Assembly: GCA_964016885.1 (NCBI GenBank)
Contig: OZ024742.1
Location: 323,888,001-323,952,000 of the forward strand
DNA from: Eledone cirrhosa
Lineage: Eukaryota
Length of the DNA: 64,000 bases
Reading direction: 5' to 3'
Position numbers and translations under genes: made by a program. The notes beneath the pieces were generated by a model, which was given only the letters and a program-made list of their open reading frames with translations, did no database searches and was not told the DNA's origin. Below, in pieces: positions 40,545 through 55,545 of this stretch; position 1 is the first letter of the stretch; each line of letters starts with the position of its first letter.

Positions 40545-40932
40545 TGGTTTCTAACATAGGGACAAGGTCAGAAATTCTTCGGGGAGGGGAATGTCAGTTA
40601 TATTGACCCCACTACTTGACTGGTACTATATTGTATTGGCCCAGGAAGGATGAAAGGTAAAGTTGATATTGGCGGTATTGAAGCCATAATGTAGAGGGTC
40701 GAACAACAACAATAATTGTTTCTATTTTTGACAAAAAGGCCAGCAATTTGAAGAAAAGGGGAAAGTCGATTTAATCAACCCCAATTCATTGCTGGTTCTT
40801 CATTTTATCATCACATAAGGATGAAAGGCAAAGCTGACCTTGGCGGGATTTTAAACTCAGAATTTTAGAAAGCCATAACTAAATGCCACAAAGCATTTTG
40901 TCTGTCACCCTACCTATACTGCCAATCCATCT
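40545..40932 (-). mobile_element. Two tandem tRNA-derived SINEs
   Basis: ggatgaaaggcaaag core occurs twice. Confidence 0.7.
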
Positions 40933-40944
40933 AACAGCATCAAG

Positions 40945-41096
40945 ATAATTCTAGTTGTCATAGGAGCTGTGAGCCTGATATCACTAAAACTGAGAGGGTA
41001 TCTTGAGCAAATACACCCCAAAACACAAATTGCTCTCTTACAAAAGACTGTCCCAGTGGGCACTGCACATACTCAGGTTAAGTGCTGTCTGTTTAA
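40945..41096 (+). mobile_element. C-terminal remnant of an R4/Dong-like (RLE) retrotransposon
   Basis: ILVVIGAVSLI...LLQKTVPVGTAH resembles the PIVIGALG...LQKxxLLGTA terminus. Confidence 0.55.
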
Positions 41097-43789
41097 GGTT
41101 CTTAATGACAACTTGACAGACAGTGAACAACTTGCAATCAAGTGGTTTTGAGTTCCCTTCCACTGCATAGCACCTTGAGCAAGTGTCTTTTATTATAGCT
41201 TCAGGTTGGCCAATGCTTTCTAAGTAAAATTTGGTAAACACAAACTGCAGAAGTCCATCATTTAATATCTGTTTTTCTTGCTAGCAAAGGATATGCAAGT
41301 ATTCATGTCTGCATTTATGTTTGTGTCTGTATATGTGTTTATGTGGTTCAATAAAAAAAATAAAAATACCATACTTGAAAAATTAAGCATTGAAGTCGAT
41401 ATAATTGACTAAATTCGTAACAACCTATAATGATCTAGCAACTAATATCTAAAAATAGATTTGTTAATTCAAATGCTTGTAGTAACTTTATTATTGGACA
41501 GGTTGTTGAGCAAATTTGCAGTAAACTAAAAGCTTATTTTATCATTTGTAGTCATAGTGCCATTTTGTACTTTTCAAGAATGTTTTGCTAATGTGGTTTC
41601 ACGCGATACAGGATGTTAAGAGTTAAGGTGGTGCCCCAGCATGGCCACTGTCCAATGACTGAAACTATGAAAAAATAACTATTATGAAGTTGCGACAAAA
41701 AAGTGAATTTTAGAGAAATTTAGATCTTCAGCAGAATCGTGGGAAACATTCTGTTATATCGAAATATTGAAACTTTAACCCTTTTGATAAGCCATTTGAA
41801 ACCACCCCTGGTTTTACAATACAAAGCTGTTTATTTTAAAGTGTTTATATTTATCTAAAAAATCTTCCATCATAATTCTACATATGAACCTTTGTTATGT
41901 TCTAAACAAACTTAACAATGAGTAAGTTATATAACTAAATCCCTTCAAATTCTTGATAATTTTCAAAATTAATTGAACATTATATACATCTAATTCAGAT
42001 GTGTTATAAGCAAAATCCAATTACTGTTTAACTCAGGGTTGCCAGAAAGGGGCTACAAGTGGCAGATATGCTACTTTTCAAAACTGTTTAATTGTACTTA
42101 TGCGATTCCTGATGCCAAACCATTTTGTTGCTTCTTACAACCAAAGGGGGTAAAAAAAAAATCTATACACACACATACATCTGATGAACACACACACAAG
42201 GTTTTTTTGCAGTTTCTATCCACCAAATCCATTAACATAACCAACATGAGACTACATTAAAACACATTTCCTGAAAGTATTGTGCATTAGGATTGAACCT
42301 GAATCTATGTGGTTGCAAAGTCAACTTGTGAATCACACATCCATGTCTGCACATAAATTTATATTAATGATATTCAATGTCTAAAGAAAGATTGCTTGAG
42401 AAAAAAAAAAAAAAAAAAAAAAAAAGATAAAAGAATCATGAATTAAAATTAATCAAATAATTACTTTTAATAAAACTTACTTTATCAAATGAGATATGAA
42501 ACCACAAAATAGAAAGTATGTGATGAAAATGAAAATAAAAATGTAAAACAATTAAATGGTAGTAGTATTTGCTTCAGGTAGAGTGGGAGGAGGAAATAGT
42601 ATGAAATAATGTCTTTAATTATACACAGAAATTCTTTAGAATGGAGAGTTAAAGCGCCTCGCCAAAGGATATATACAGTGCAGCACAGCACAACATCTCT
42701 CATGAGTATATATAAAAACTAATTATTTCTGGAGACAAAAATAATTATATTTACATCTTTAATAATAAATAGTTAAGGAGAAAATAATAAAATTCTTGGC
42801 AAGTTGAGTCTGCTGCCTATTTCTTTTTTCTTAATAAATTCTTACATACAACAGAGAATATATTAGAAAATCTAAGATAAATTTAATGTAGATAGAGCAA
42901 CAATTTGTAAGCCTCTCTGAAAATTTAAACAAATGTGAAAAACATTCTGTTATTATCTTTGTAAAAAGACTTGAGATTGTCTTTATCTTTCACAGTTAAT
43001 TGGCTAAATATGTTTCTATCCTCAGAGAGAACAATGTGTATGTTGGACTTCTGTTGCTTCCGATGAGTGTTCTAGTTGTTTGACTAATGGAACAGCCTGC
43101 TTGTGAAATTAATGTACATATGGATAAGTATTCTACAGACAGGTGTATCCATATCATAATTCTCAGGGAGATTCAGTGATCCATTGCATAACAGCTACCA
43201 TCTACACACAATTACTGACAAGTCTATGACAGACTTGCATGCATGCTCCCGTAATTCCCGAGGGAGTCGTAAAGGCACCGTATTGACATACAGCGTTTCT
43301 AGGGTGTTTTTGAAGCTGGTGGATCCCATTCCTCTCTAGGTTTGAATACAGCAGATTTCTTCCAGAGAAGGCTAGATAGTGAAAAAGAGATATAGAGGAA
43401 GAATAACCCCTGTGTAGAAAAGATAAAATGCAAAGTTGACCTCGGTGGGATTTGAACTCAGAGAGTATAGAGCTGAAACAAACACTGCAAAGCATTTGAT
43501 CCGATGTTCTAACAACTCTGCCAATTTGCTGCCTTAAGATTGACTTGAAGATATGGAAAAGACACATGCACAACATACCTGAGTCCAAAGATTGTTGAGC
43601 AAAGTTTTTAGCCATTTGGCCATATTTCACTCACATGTATTTACTGTGAATGAAAACATGACAATGGATTTATGAACAATGTAACAGCTGTTTTGGGAGT
43701 TAACAGTGTCACTCATTGCTCCATCTCCCCCAGTAGTTTACCGCTGTTGGTCTGGGGTTGTTTATCTGTCTGACAAGAGCCTGCATATA

Positions 43790-44222
43790 TCACAACTACA
43801 TGCAGCAAAAATGGGTCCCCCCAAAGGGTCTTTAGGGTAATGTTATTCATTAGAGTACATAGCTTGGAGATCACAGAGTTGCTCTGAATAGAGCAGCTAC
43901 TTCTCCAAATTGAGAGATCAGAGCTTCGATATTACAAAATGTGATAAGAATATCTCAGGAAAGAATTGCTTGACAGATTTTATGAGTAAAACCTACCGCA
44001 GGAGACCCAGAGCAAGATGGTTAGATAATGTTCATGAGCTGGGCTATTCTTGCTTGGGAATCCAGCTTGATTAATTGTTGACAGTTACTTCTGACAGGAC
44101 TTGCTGGAAGGCGTGCTTGAGGACTCTGCCCCCACGACCCTCCCAGGAATAAGTGGGTGAAGGAGGAGGAGAAGAAGAAGGAAGAGGAGAAGATGATGTT
44201 GATGATGAAGATGAAGAAGAAG
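43790..44222 (+). mobile_element. Degraded 3' end of an Expander/Rex3-like RTE with GAA/GAT tail
   Basis: Remnants EQLLLQIERSELRY and RRPRARWLDNV followed by (GAA)(GAT) repeats. Confidence 0.65.
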
Positions 44223-45127
44223 CAACAACATATACTAAACACAGTTTCCAACACTTATTTACCGCATTTCCAATAAAAAAATATCGGTTCAGTTTTCTTA
44301 CTGAGATTCACAGCCACACAATTTCTCCTCTGCTAAATTTCACTAACAAAAGATTGGTTAACCTAAAGCTATAGTAGAAGACACGAACCTAAGATATAAC
44401 ACAGTGAGATCAATTCCAGAGTTATGTCATTACAAAATAACCACCTAGCCTGCACCCAGATGATATGTCCAAATATCCATATACCAGCACGGGGGAAACT
44501 ATAAAATCATCATCAATATCATCAGTTTTGAGATCTGCTTTTTCCATGTGTAGGACAAGACTTTTTGAGAGATTGTTTATGGAGGGCATAAAACAAATGT
44601 CATCAAAGGTTTTTATAAACAGTGCATACAGAACATTTGTGGTGACTAGAATACATGCTGCTCCAATATATATATACATAATCATAAAATCACTATCATC
44701 ATCATCATCATCACACACATACGATGGGCTTCATTGTAGTTTCCGTCTACTCTGCCACCCACCACAATAAAAGGTAGGAAGAATTTCTGATGTAGGATAG
44801 TCTCAGTTAAATTAATTTCAGAGATTGGTAGCAGAGATAATTTATTGTATATTGAACTTATTCAATATTCAGTTAACTGTCTCTAGAGACCAAGCTAGAA
44901 CACTGACCCTCCTCTAATTGATATCATCATCACTTTTATGTCTGCTTTTCTAAGCTGGTATGGAATGGATGAGACCTTTCTGAACCCATACATTATATAG
45001 TGTTCATCTTTGTTGAATTGCTATGCTGTGGGATGTATTTTTTTTTGTGTGGGACATAAAAGTATTATCACATGCTTTCCATGTTGATATAAAGACTAGG
45101 TGGCAAACTGACACACAGATATGTTTA

Positions 45128-45285
45128 TGATGGGCTTCCTTATAGTTTCCCACTACTAAATTCACAAAGCACTGGTTGGTGTGAGGCTATAGTAGAAGAC
45201 ACTCAAGGTGTTGTAGAGTGGGACGGAACTCAAAGCTATGTGGACACAAAGCAAACTTCTTAACCACACAACCATGTCTGTGCCT
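45128..45285 (-). mobile_element. tRNA-derived SINE, second family (relatives at ~41130-41260, 42195-42350, 50670-50825, 54745-54850)
   Basis: Minus strand ggttgtgtggttaagaagtttgc...gtgtcttctactatagcctc...ggaaact motif. Confidence 0.7.
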
Positions 45286-46943
45286 AGGTTTGTTAGATAT
45301 TAAACTTATACAATATTTGACACCCTCCAGCCTGTGGCTCACAGATGTGCTGTCTTCTCTTTCTGCCCCTTCTATTATTAATACAATGGATCTTATTGAA
45401 CTTATACCACTTCCCCTCAGGCATTTCTGATACACTCGTCTCTCTTATTTTCATCACTGATGAAAGGAGTGGACCGGTAACAATTTAAACAGAACATCAA
45501 TCTCTCTTGTCTTAGAGAGCCTATGAAGGCTATGGGCATTGCCCATTCCTCCAAACCTACCAAGTAAAAAAGGAAAAAAGAAAAATATCTAGAGACCAGG
45601 TTTTACATTCAGACATATATGATTGAAATTATAGTAAATCAATTTAGGAAAGCTGTATTTGACTTCATCATCCAACTTAGTTATGATAGTGACCTCTTTG
45701 TGAAAAGACCCAAAATGTACCCTTGCCGGTTCAGAAAAAATTCTTTTTAGTAGTGTTTTCTCAAAAGATCCGTACAAAAGCTTTTAGCCCTTTCATTACC
45801 ATATTTATAATCACTGTCACTGTGTAAGATTTTCAAATAATTTTGGAAATAATAAAAAAAATTGGAGCAATATAACTTTCTCATTATTTATTTTCAGTTT
45901 GAAGCATAACTGACAAAGGGCAGAAGAACTCATAAGAGTCAACGGCCATCTAAAAAAAAAAAAATCTTGCCAAATCAATGGGTGGCAGTAGTTCCAGCTG
46001 CACATATTGAAAGACTGGTGTAGTGGTTCTGAGAACAATGCGGCTTTGCAGATGATCAATGCAAAATGACAATGGAAAGGTGCTACCACTCGAGTTAGAA
46101 GAGAACTATTGACCTTAAGGAGAAGCAGCAACCCTTGATTGTATTCAGCAACTGAAACAAATATGAAGTACACCAAATCCAATGCTCCTAGAGGTGGCCT
46201 GGGTTCTTATTTGGGAGTGTAAACTTGGCCAGATTATATTAGATTGAAGCATAACTAAAATGTTCTTATATAAATATAAACACTTTAAAACAAAATTTTG
46301 TATTATAGAACCGGTGGTGGCTTCAGGTGGTTTGGTATTAAAAGGATTAATAGAAAGTTGTGAAGCTTGAGGCTAATTCTGACTAAGCAGACATTTTGAT
46401 CAAGGCTGTTCCAGCTATGACCACACAGTTCAATTTCTCTTTCGCACATTGCATATCCAGGAGTACAATATATAATGTGTTCATCCATTTTTAAGATGGT
46501 AGCAAGTATGTAATTTCAAGAAATTTTGGCTGCTATTTCTAGCAGGTCAAGTGACCACATAGTGGCTTTCTCACTGGTTTGTTTAGCAAACAGACATACA
46601 TTATTATCAAAAGGATGATGATGTTCATCCATTTTCAAGATACCATGTAATTACGTGAACATTTTGATTGCTATTTCTAGCAGATCAAATGATCACAGAA
46701 GCTCTCTTACTGGCTTGTTTAACAGAAAGTAGAGATTGATTCTGTTGCTATTTTAGTATGGGTGTGCGTGAGTGGGTTTGGTGTTTGTTTGGAATGGAAG
46801 CAAATACCATGAACTTTCCTTAACCAACAGTAGAGGAAACCTTTTAGAGAGAAGTCCATTGTTGAGATAACTATACAATAGAACAATATGAAATATGAAA
46901 CAGAATTATAAACTCATAAATTAACTACTACTATCATCACCAT

Positions 46944-46996
<53 letters not shown>

Positions 46997-47040
46997 ATAA
47001 TAATAATAATAATTATTATTATTTTTATCATCATTATTAT

Positions 47041-48055
47041 TAATAAAGGAAGTTGGACAGGAAGACAACATCATGTACAGACATTAACCATCTACACATG
47101 AAGAGAGTAAATAGAAGAAGGGGACTGAGGTGTGGAAGACTGCATGTATATTGAACACATGAGCTTGCTAAAATATGTAACCCAAAGAGAGAAAACCTTG
47201 TTAGTAATAGTAAGAGAAGAGAGCATATGTAAAGCAAGGAAGAAGAAGAAAACAAAACAAGACGGGCATGAAGAAACATTACACAACACAGGGTCACATA
47301 AACAATTTCACATGGTCACAACTGAAGTTGCTGGAGAACATAGGAAGGACTGGTTGAAGAAAGGAGCACTTAAAAAGGAGACAGAGAGCACTATACTTGC
47401 AATACAAGACCAAGTGTCTGTTATGCTGAGTATGTAAAGAGTTTGATGAAACATATTGTAACAGAATGGCCCAAAACTAGTATAAGTTATGGAGACATGA
47501 TGAGATGGCAAGTTTTGCATTGGAAACTGTATGAGAAATAAGACATGGTACGATCATAAATTACAGAGTCACTGAGTCGGAGATTTGCCAAATCATGTGG
47601 GATTTCCCAATTCAAACCGATCAGTGCTTGAGTACAACAAACCGAACTTAGTGGTGTTAGACAAAGTAAATAATGTGTGTGTATGTGTGTGTGTGATAAT
47701 TGATATTGCATTCCCATTCGATTCACAGATAGTTAAGAAGGAAGGTGAGAAAGCAGACGTGTACTACAACCCTCTTAATTTCAAGATAGCCAGATTCTGG
47801 AAAAGATAGTGCTGATTATTGCTGGGGGCTTGGAGACAGTATCAAAAGATATTTAGAGGAACATAAAAAAATGGGAATAGTGTCCAGTAGAGCTATTGAA
47901 AAGGTTTGCCTCCTTAGCATGGCCAGAATTATCAGGAAAGTACTAGATAGAGAACAAATAACAAGGCACTATGTAGGCTGCAAGTTGCAAGGCTGCTACT
48001 CATGCAAGAATCCAGAAGTTGCAACAAAACTTGAGATAAAACAATAAATAATAAT
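47041..48055 (+). mobile_element. Degraded R4/Dong-like non-LTR retrotransposon with restriction-like endonuclease, 3' part
   Basis: WLKKGALKKETESTILAIQDQ, WDFPIQTD, NKPNLVVLDK, IIDIAFPFD, KKEGEK motifs; sits next to a (TAC)(TAA) tract and ends in TAA repeats. Confidence 0.8.
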
Positions 48056-48231
48056 GGTTTCTGATTTCAGCACAAGGCTAATAATTTGGGGGGGAGAGGA
48101 AAGTCGATTGAATCGACCCTGGAAGGATGAAAGGCAAAGTTGACCATGAACACAGAATGTAAAGAGGCAGAGCAAATATAGCTAAACATTTGTCTGATAC
48201 TCTAATGATTCTGTCAATCCATGGCCCTTAA

Positions 48232-48438
48232 CCCTTTAATGTTCAAACTGGCCAAAACCAGCCAGAATTCTCTACCTTTTTCTGTTGAAACTGGCTGTAA
48301 CTGGTCACTCAAACTGATGTTAAGGTATTGTTCTCAAAATAAATACTTTCAAAATCTCATAGATTCGATATTATGTGAGCTAAAGCATTTACCATGAAAA
48401 TATAATAGTATATATAGAATAATGTGAATGCTAAAGGG
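48232..48438. mobile_element. piggyBac-like MITE with TTAA flanks
   Basis: TTAA-cccttt...aaaggg-TTAA; a relative in the opposite orientation lies at ~23110-23258. Confidence 0.7.
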
Positions 48439-49877
48439 TTAAATGATCTCTTTTATTGGTCACAAGGGTCCAAAATATTGGGGACAGTATAAGGATGAAT
48501 TACAACACAGAGTGGGGGTTACATTGAGTAAAAAGTTTCGAAATCAACAAAAACAATAAATATAAAAATAAATTCCCAACAAAGAGGAAAACCACCTATG
48601 GTAATTTGGGTAAAAACACCACACTAAGTCCTGGATTACTCTGTATCACAGGGCGTGGAAAGTGCCCTCTTCCAGTTTCATTTCTTCATCATCAATTTAT
48701 GTCTGCTTCTCTATAGTTTGGATGAGTCTTTTATGATGCAGTATTCTATGACGAGGCACCTTTCCTGATGCCAACCCTTAATTATTTTAAAGTATGGTAC
48801 TTATTTCTCTTATTTTCACCTTTTGAACTGCTAAGCTGCTGAACATAAACAGACAGCACCAATTGTTTAACCCTTTCATTACCATTCTTCTAATGAAAGA
48901 CACTGCTTATGATACACAAATAATTTTGAAAATAATAAAGGACTTGGAGAGATTTAGCAAAATAACTAATTGATGTAGAGACAAAATAAAAACCAAAAAA
49001 ATCCATATGTTCACATGCAAACACACACACACACCTAAAGTATGTGTTGATGTCAGAAAGTACCTCTGGCTGTAAATAGAAAACTTCCCCAAAATATCTC
49101 ATCTATTTCAAGTAAGCTAGGAAAAAGCGGAATAAAAAATGAAGATGAAATGATGATGATATAACACATCTGAGATTACATTATTCAATAGGTCTTTCTG
49201 TGTTAAGATTGTAGAGTGTAATTTGCCTCCCATTTCTACCTGGTTGAGCAACCACATAAAGGTTCTCTTATTTGCCTGTTGTTTAAATTGTTTCTTGTCT
49301 TTTTTACTTAATCAATTTAATACCAAACTACCTGAAACCACTCTTGGTTCTACAATACTAAACTGATTATTTAAAATGTTTATATTCATAAAAAAAAACC
49401 TTCCACCATAATTTTATGTAAGAATCTTTAAGTTATGTTCTAAACACCAGCTTGATAATGAGAAAATTAGGTATTTTACTAAATCCCTCCAAATTGTTGA
49501 TATTTAAAAATCATATTTACAAATCATAAGCAGTGTCTTTTATTAGAAAAAATGGCAACAAAAGGGTTAAAGTAGAATAGAAAAAAAACACACCTACACA
49601 GCAAGTATACAGCAGAGACTGCTGCTGTTGTTGTTGCTATAATACCACTATTTGGTTGCAACAATGCAAGAACAGCAGCAACTGAACAGTCTTTTCTGCA
49701 ATCTAGAGATAGATCATTTAGAGATTCTTCCATCACCAGCCAACCGTCAAAACAATGTTTGTGGCAGATCAATAGTGAGTTCTTTTGATCAGATAGAAAA
49801 CCAACTTTCGTAGTGGAAGATATAGTTGAGTTTTACCTTTTATTTTATTATTCTTTTTTTTTTGTCAGTTTTTGAAG

Positions 49878-50010
49878 GTGTGTGGCTTAGTGTTTAAGGT
49901 ATTGGGATCCCAATCATAAGGCCATGAATTCAATTTCTAAACTGGGTGGCATGTTGTATCAGTGAGCAAGACACTTTATTTCATGTTGCTCCAGTTCACT
50001 TAGCTGGAAA
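49878..50010 (+). mobile_element. tRNA-derived SINE, third family (relatives at ~9240-9350, 26515-26630, 33635-33715, 62820-62950)
   Basis: tggcttagtg A-box and gagcaagacactttatttcatgttgctccagt core. Confidence 0.65.
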
Positions 50011-52692
50011 AAATAAGTTTTTATGACATTGGTACCAAGCTGCAACTGGCATGCCAGTGATATAATTGGTGTCATTAAATAATTACACAGTACTTGTTAG
50101 ATAGCACTCAATATGAGTTCAACACATTTTGTCATAGCAAAAGCATGAGGGAGGTTGTCATGCCCTTGCTCATATTTAAATTAAAAGGTTCCATCATAAT
50201 TTTATGTAAAAACATTACCTTGAGCTACACTTCCAAACAAGCTTTTTTTTTTACTAAATCCCTCCATATTCTTAATTATCTAAGATAATTAAACAGTGTA
50301 ATTCATTAGAAACATGATCATAAAAGGGTTAACCTTATTTTTAAAGACAAAACATCTTAATCTTAACATCTACATTAATATTTCTGTTTCATTTTCAGTC
50401 CTCAATATGTGTTTTACTCTTAGTTTGTTTCTAGTCCTGTACTAAAACCATCATCATCATTGTTTTTATGTCCACTTTCCTATGATGGCATGGGTTGGAT
50501 GATAATTTTTGAAGTAGTTTATCTATGGCCAGATACTCTTCCTGATGTGAACCCTACTCAGTTTATTAAATCACTACATTGAAGGAATACTGTTTATGCA
50601 GTACATAAATAAAGATCACAGCTTGCTTTAAATGGTTTTGATATGAAAGTAGATGTGCAAACTGACACATGCTTCCTTACAGCTTCTGTCAACCAGATTA
50701 ACTCAAAAGGCATTGGTCAACTCAATGCTATAGTAGAAAACACTCATCCATGGTACCACACAGTAGCATCGAACCTGAAACTATGTGGTTGCAAAGCAAA
50801 CTTTTAACCACACAAACATGCCTGCTATATAGAAATAAGACACCTGAAGACGGTCAGAGATCAAATCAAAGAAAATGCAGTGTAAATGGAAATTAAGAAA
50901 TAAGTGTTTCACCTTTGGAGATGAGGTTAATAGTCCAAAAAATTATAATTTTAGAATTGAAAACATTCTTCGTTCTAAGATTGCATAAACAATAAAAAAT
51001 GTTTCAAGATTTGCCAAGGGGTTAAAAATAAAAATGTTTTATTAAAAGAGTAAAAAAAAAAAAACTCTGTGAAGTATTAAGACATCATATCAGCTAAATT
51101 AGGTAATTAACCACTCAAAATATACTCCAATGAACCAGGAATCACAATTAACAGCACATACACACGTACAAACACATACATACTCATATGCACACACAAA
51201 CACACACACACATAAATACATACACTCAAAGACACACATACACACACTCATACACATGATAATTAGTTATCTCCATTCTAATCAGATACAAGGAAAACAA
51301 TAATAATAATAATGATAGTAATAATAATAATTATGTTCATGATTCATTAACTCCATCCCTGCCACCAATGCCAACAACTACTTTTAACAGATTTGTAATT
51401 AGAAATTTGATTCAGTTTCTGAAAAATATTCTTTAGCTATTGCCAAGAGATATCTGAAATTGTAGCCAAGTTCATAAAAGAAGACCAATTAGTATTTGAA
51501 AATAGAAAGAAAAATGATTGTAAATGGAAATTGGGAGTGAATTAAAAATAAAATTGCTTTTTAAATTAGCTAATAACCATTTTAAAACATATTTTAAAAC
51601 CAATATCCGGTTTTTTAAGCTACAGTTAGTTTCAGATAGTTTTAAATTGTCTGTTTATGTGACCTTAACTTGTGTAACATAAACTTATGTATGTTGTAAC
51701 AGTGATACTAAGTTGCTCTCACATTAGAGTCCTTTATTTAGCTCTCTTCTCATCTATCCAGCTCCTGGTAATAAATGATGTCAATAAAATTGTATGATTG
51801 TACAAATATATGTCAGAATAATTATTGTGTCTTAGTTGTCAAGAGCTATGGGATTTTCATGGGTCCAGCTTGTTTGTTATTAATAATGTCTGTTTATTTT
51901 GAAGTCTCCCCACCTCTCTCTCTACATACATACATACATACACACACACAAACACAAATATATATGTATACACACACTTGTGTAAAAGATGGATCCCATG
52001 TAAAAGTCAACCCTGGAATTTTCACCATAAACTTTGGATTTTTCCATGTATCTAAAGTGGTTGTTTTGGTGCCACAACAAAAAGCATTCAGTTGACACTG
52101 TAAAGTGGTTGTGTTGGTGTCAAAAAAAGCATCCAGGCCACACTAAATGTGGTTGGCATTAGGAAGGGCATCCAACCCTAGAAAGTAAGCCAGAAAGAGT
52201 TCTGCATGAGCAAGACATGGTTATCTGGCTTGTCTCACAACAGGACAACTCGTCTAGCCCATGCTATCATGGAAAATGGACATTAAGCAGTGATGATGAT
52301 GATGATCATCATGATCTCATGTACAAGTTGACCCTAATTCTTCATGGACAACAGATCGACATTTGTCAATGAAGGTACTGTTCAGAATGAAAATGTTACA
52401 AAATAAAATTAATTTTTCTACATTATTATATTCTAATGTACTCAAGTAGAAATATTTATGAGATGCAGGGCTCTTATTTATATATTTTTGTAGCAAGTGT
52501 TTTCTGGTGCAAATAAACTTCAGTATTATTACTATGATTCATTTTTTTTTTGGTTTATTAATTTAGGATCTATTTTAGATTGGAGTAATTTGAATTGGTG
52601 CGTGAATTTCAGCCCTTCAAAAGTAGTATTTATGTTATAGACAATCCCACAAATATAGCCTAAAAAAAAAAAGTCTTTTACATAAACATATA

Positions 52693-52731
<39 letters not shown>

Positions 52732-52746
52732 AATATATATATATAT

Positions 52747-54196
52747 GTACAAGCCATGTATAGGGGAGCAGTCAGCAAAGTTAGGATTAGCAATGAGTAT
52801 AGCGAGGAATTTAGCATACAGGTTGGGGTCCACCAGGGCTCTGTTTTTAGCCCTCTCCTGTTCATCATAGTCCTGCAGGCAATAACGGAGGAATTTAAGA
52901 CCGGATGCCCATGGGAACTCCTGTATGCTGATGACCTCGCACTCATAGCTGAATCTATGATAGAACTAGAGAATAAATTCCAAACCTGGAAGCAGGGACT
53001 AGAGAGAAAGGGTCTCAAAGTCAACATGACAAAGACTAAGGTCCTTGTAAGTAGACGAGAAAACAGAACCCAGATCCCCTCAGGGAAATGGCCTTGCTCA
53101 GTATGTAGGAAAGGTGTAGGTAGGAACTCCATTCTCTGCCCCAAATGCAAACAATGGGTACACAAGAGATGTAGCGGGATCTCAGGAAGCTTAATTAAGA
53201 ATGTAGGATTCACATGCAGCAGCTGTGCTGAAACAGCAAGCAGCAAGCAGCAAACAGCCACAGGAAACAAGTACCACCAATCTCTGGGAGGGCCCTGTAG
53301 AAACAGTAGACAGCTTCTGCTACCTAGGTGACCGAATTAGCAACGGAGGTGGGTGTTCAGAAAGTACAATAACTAGGGTAAGAACGGGATGGAAGAAGTT
53401 TAGGGAACTACTACCACTGCTAGCTGCAAAAGGCTTCTCCCTCAGAATGAAAGGCAGACTGTATGATGCGTGTATTCGAACAGCGATGTTGCATGGTAGT
53501 GAGACCTGGGCGCTGAAGGTGGAAGACTTACGTAGATTAGAGAGAAACGAAGCCTGCATGCTCCGATGGATGTGTAACAGTAATATACGTGAACGACAAA
53601 GCATAAATGAATTGAGAGAGAGACTGAGCATAAGAGGAATCAAATGCTGTGTGCAGGAGAGGCGGTTGCGCTGGTATGGACATGTGATGCGTATGAAGGA
53701 TGACAGCTGCATAAAAAGGTGCAGAGCACTAGAAGTTGATGGAAACCGCGGAGTGGGGAAACCCAAGATGACCTGGGATGAGGTGATAAAAGCCGACCTT
53801 ACCCAATTACACTTCTCAAAGACAATGACACACGACCGTGACTTCTGGCGTCACACAGTAATACAGAGTACCCGACCTCCCATGGGTACATGCTGAACCA
53901 TATAAACAATATGCCCCCACACCCCCCACCGCAAGGTGGTCGTGGAGGTGCCACGGCAAAAAAGCACCCAGCCCACACTGTAAAGTGGACGTGTAGGCGC
54001 CACGAAAAAGCACCCAGCACTCACTGTAAATGAGGTTGGTGTCAGGAAGGGCATCCAGCTGTAGAAATCAAGCCAGATCAGTTCCTGTATGAGCAAGGCA
54101 TGGTCAGCCAACCAGACACTGCACACAACAGGACAACCCGTCTAACCCATGCTAGCGTGGAAGAACGGACGTAAAACGGTGATGATGATGATGATG
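52747..54196 (+). mobile_element. RTE LINE family 2, 5'-truncated, frameshifted near 53240
   Basis: Near-identical to 32006-33447; a cagcaag slippage duplication breaks the frame; TA flanks. Confidence 0.93.
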
Positions 54197-54206
54197 TATA
54201 TATATA

Positions 54207-54450
54207 TAGGTGTCATGACAAAAAAACACGCAGTCCATGCTGTAATGTGGTCGTGTAGGTAACACGGTAAAAAGCTCCCAGTCCACACTGTAAATGTGGT
54301 TGGTGTTAGGAAGGGTATCCAGCCATAGAAAAAAACCTGCCAGATAGTCCTATACAAGCGAGACACGGTCACCCAACCAATCTTGCCTCAAGTGGGACAA
54401 CTCCCGTCTAACCCATGCTAGCGTGGAAGATAGACGTTAACGATGATGAT
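54207..54450 (+). mobile_element. 3' UTR-only copy of a related RTE inserted in the TA tract behind the previous copy
   Basis: 3' UTR modules plus gatgatgat tail, TA on both sides. Confidence 0.8.
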
Positions 54451-55329
54451 AATATATATATATATATATATTAGCAGGAGGGTTTCTTCTATGAACACCT
54501 TCTGCTGCCCAGCTCCCCTGATAGTTTCTTACCACTATATATACATAGTGTATTAAGAAAAGAACATTTTTTCAAGGAAGTTTTTGGATTTTTTTAAATT
54601 TAAAGATTTGTTTTGATGAACTTTCAATGTTTTCAAGTTTTTATAGCTCAGGCTACCATAACTGATAGTCCTCAGTGAAATGTGTATAAAGGAGTTTGTA
54701 ACATCAGTTTGCACTGCTTCATTTAAGGGAAGTTTGTAGAATGTCAGGTATGGCTGTGTTGTGGTTAAGGAATTTTCTTAGTAACCACACAGTTTTAGAT
54801 ACTACCTTACTGTCTTCTACTATAGCTTCAAGCTGCCTTCCAGCGCCAACAAAGCATTAGCATTACAAAGGGTAGCCAGCCATAAAAAACTGCCTGAAGA
54901 AAAAAAACCCTGTGAGGAGTATAATTAAACCTAACATGGGGCCTAGCCACAAGGCTAACCCCTGGTTCAGCAGAGAAAATAGCTTTTGAGTGAAATTTGG
55001 TAAATGGAAACTGGAGTAGCCTGTGGTGCCCATGTGAGTGTGTGCATGCGTTCATGTCCTGTAATCTAGTAGTCCGATAAAAATAAGAAAGAAAAAAGAT
55101 TGATGAAATAAGAACCAGGCTTGAAAGAAATAACTACTAAGTTTGATATGATTGATTTTAAGCTGGAGACCCAACATGATCACAGACTTCTGCAACAACA
55201 AACTTTTTAAATCAGGGTTAGCTTTGCAGACACCATGGCTGCTTTATAGGTATTTCAGGGTCCTATTTTGAGGCAATGTTTTACAGTCAAATGCCCTTCC
55301 TAGCACCAACCCCTTTTGTTGTCTCTAAA

Positions 55330-55545
55330 CCCTTTTGAAATCAAACTGCTTAAAATCAGCCCGGGTTCTATGATACAAAACTGCTTGTTTTAAAGTTTTA
55401 TAGTTATTTAAAAACCTAACACTATGATTTTATAAAAGAACCTTTATTATGTTCCAAACATCAACTTCATAAGTTAGTTACATCATTCAAAATTATTTCA
55501 AAATCATAGGCAGTCTTTTTCATTAAATATATGCTAAGAAAAGGG
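55330..55545. mobile_element. piggyBac-like MITE, second family (relatives at ~41775-41980, 49315-49570, 63760-63970)
   Basis: ccctttt...aaaaggg-ttaa ends and shared internal aacctttattatgttccaaaca. Confidence 0.6.

Noticed and set aside
43579-43643. Possible minus-strand cassette exon (ttcacag...CAG|gtatgt)
   Set aside because: 65 nt, begins with TAA in the incoming phase, no homology. It could be a poison exon but is unsupported without RNA data.
45455-45482. ctgatga motif suggesting a hammerhead
   Set aside because: No GAAA or consistent stems follow.
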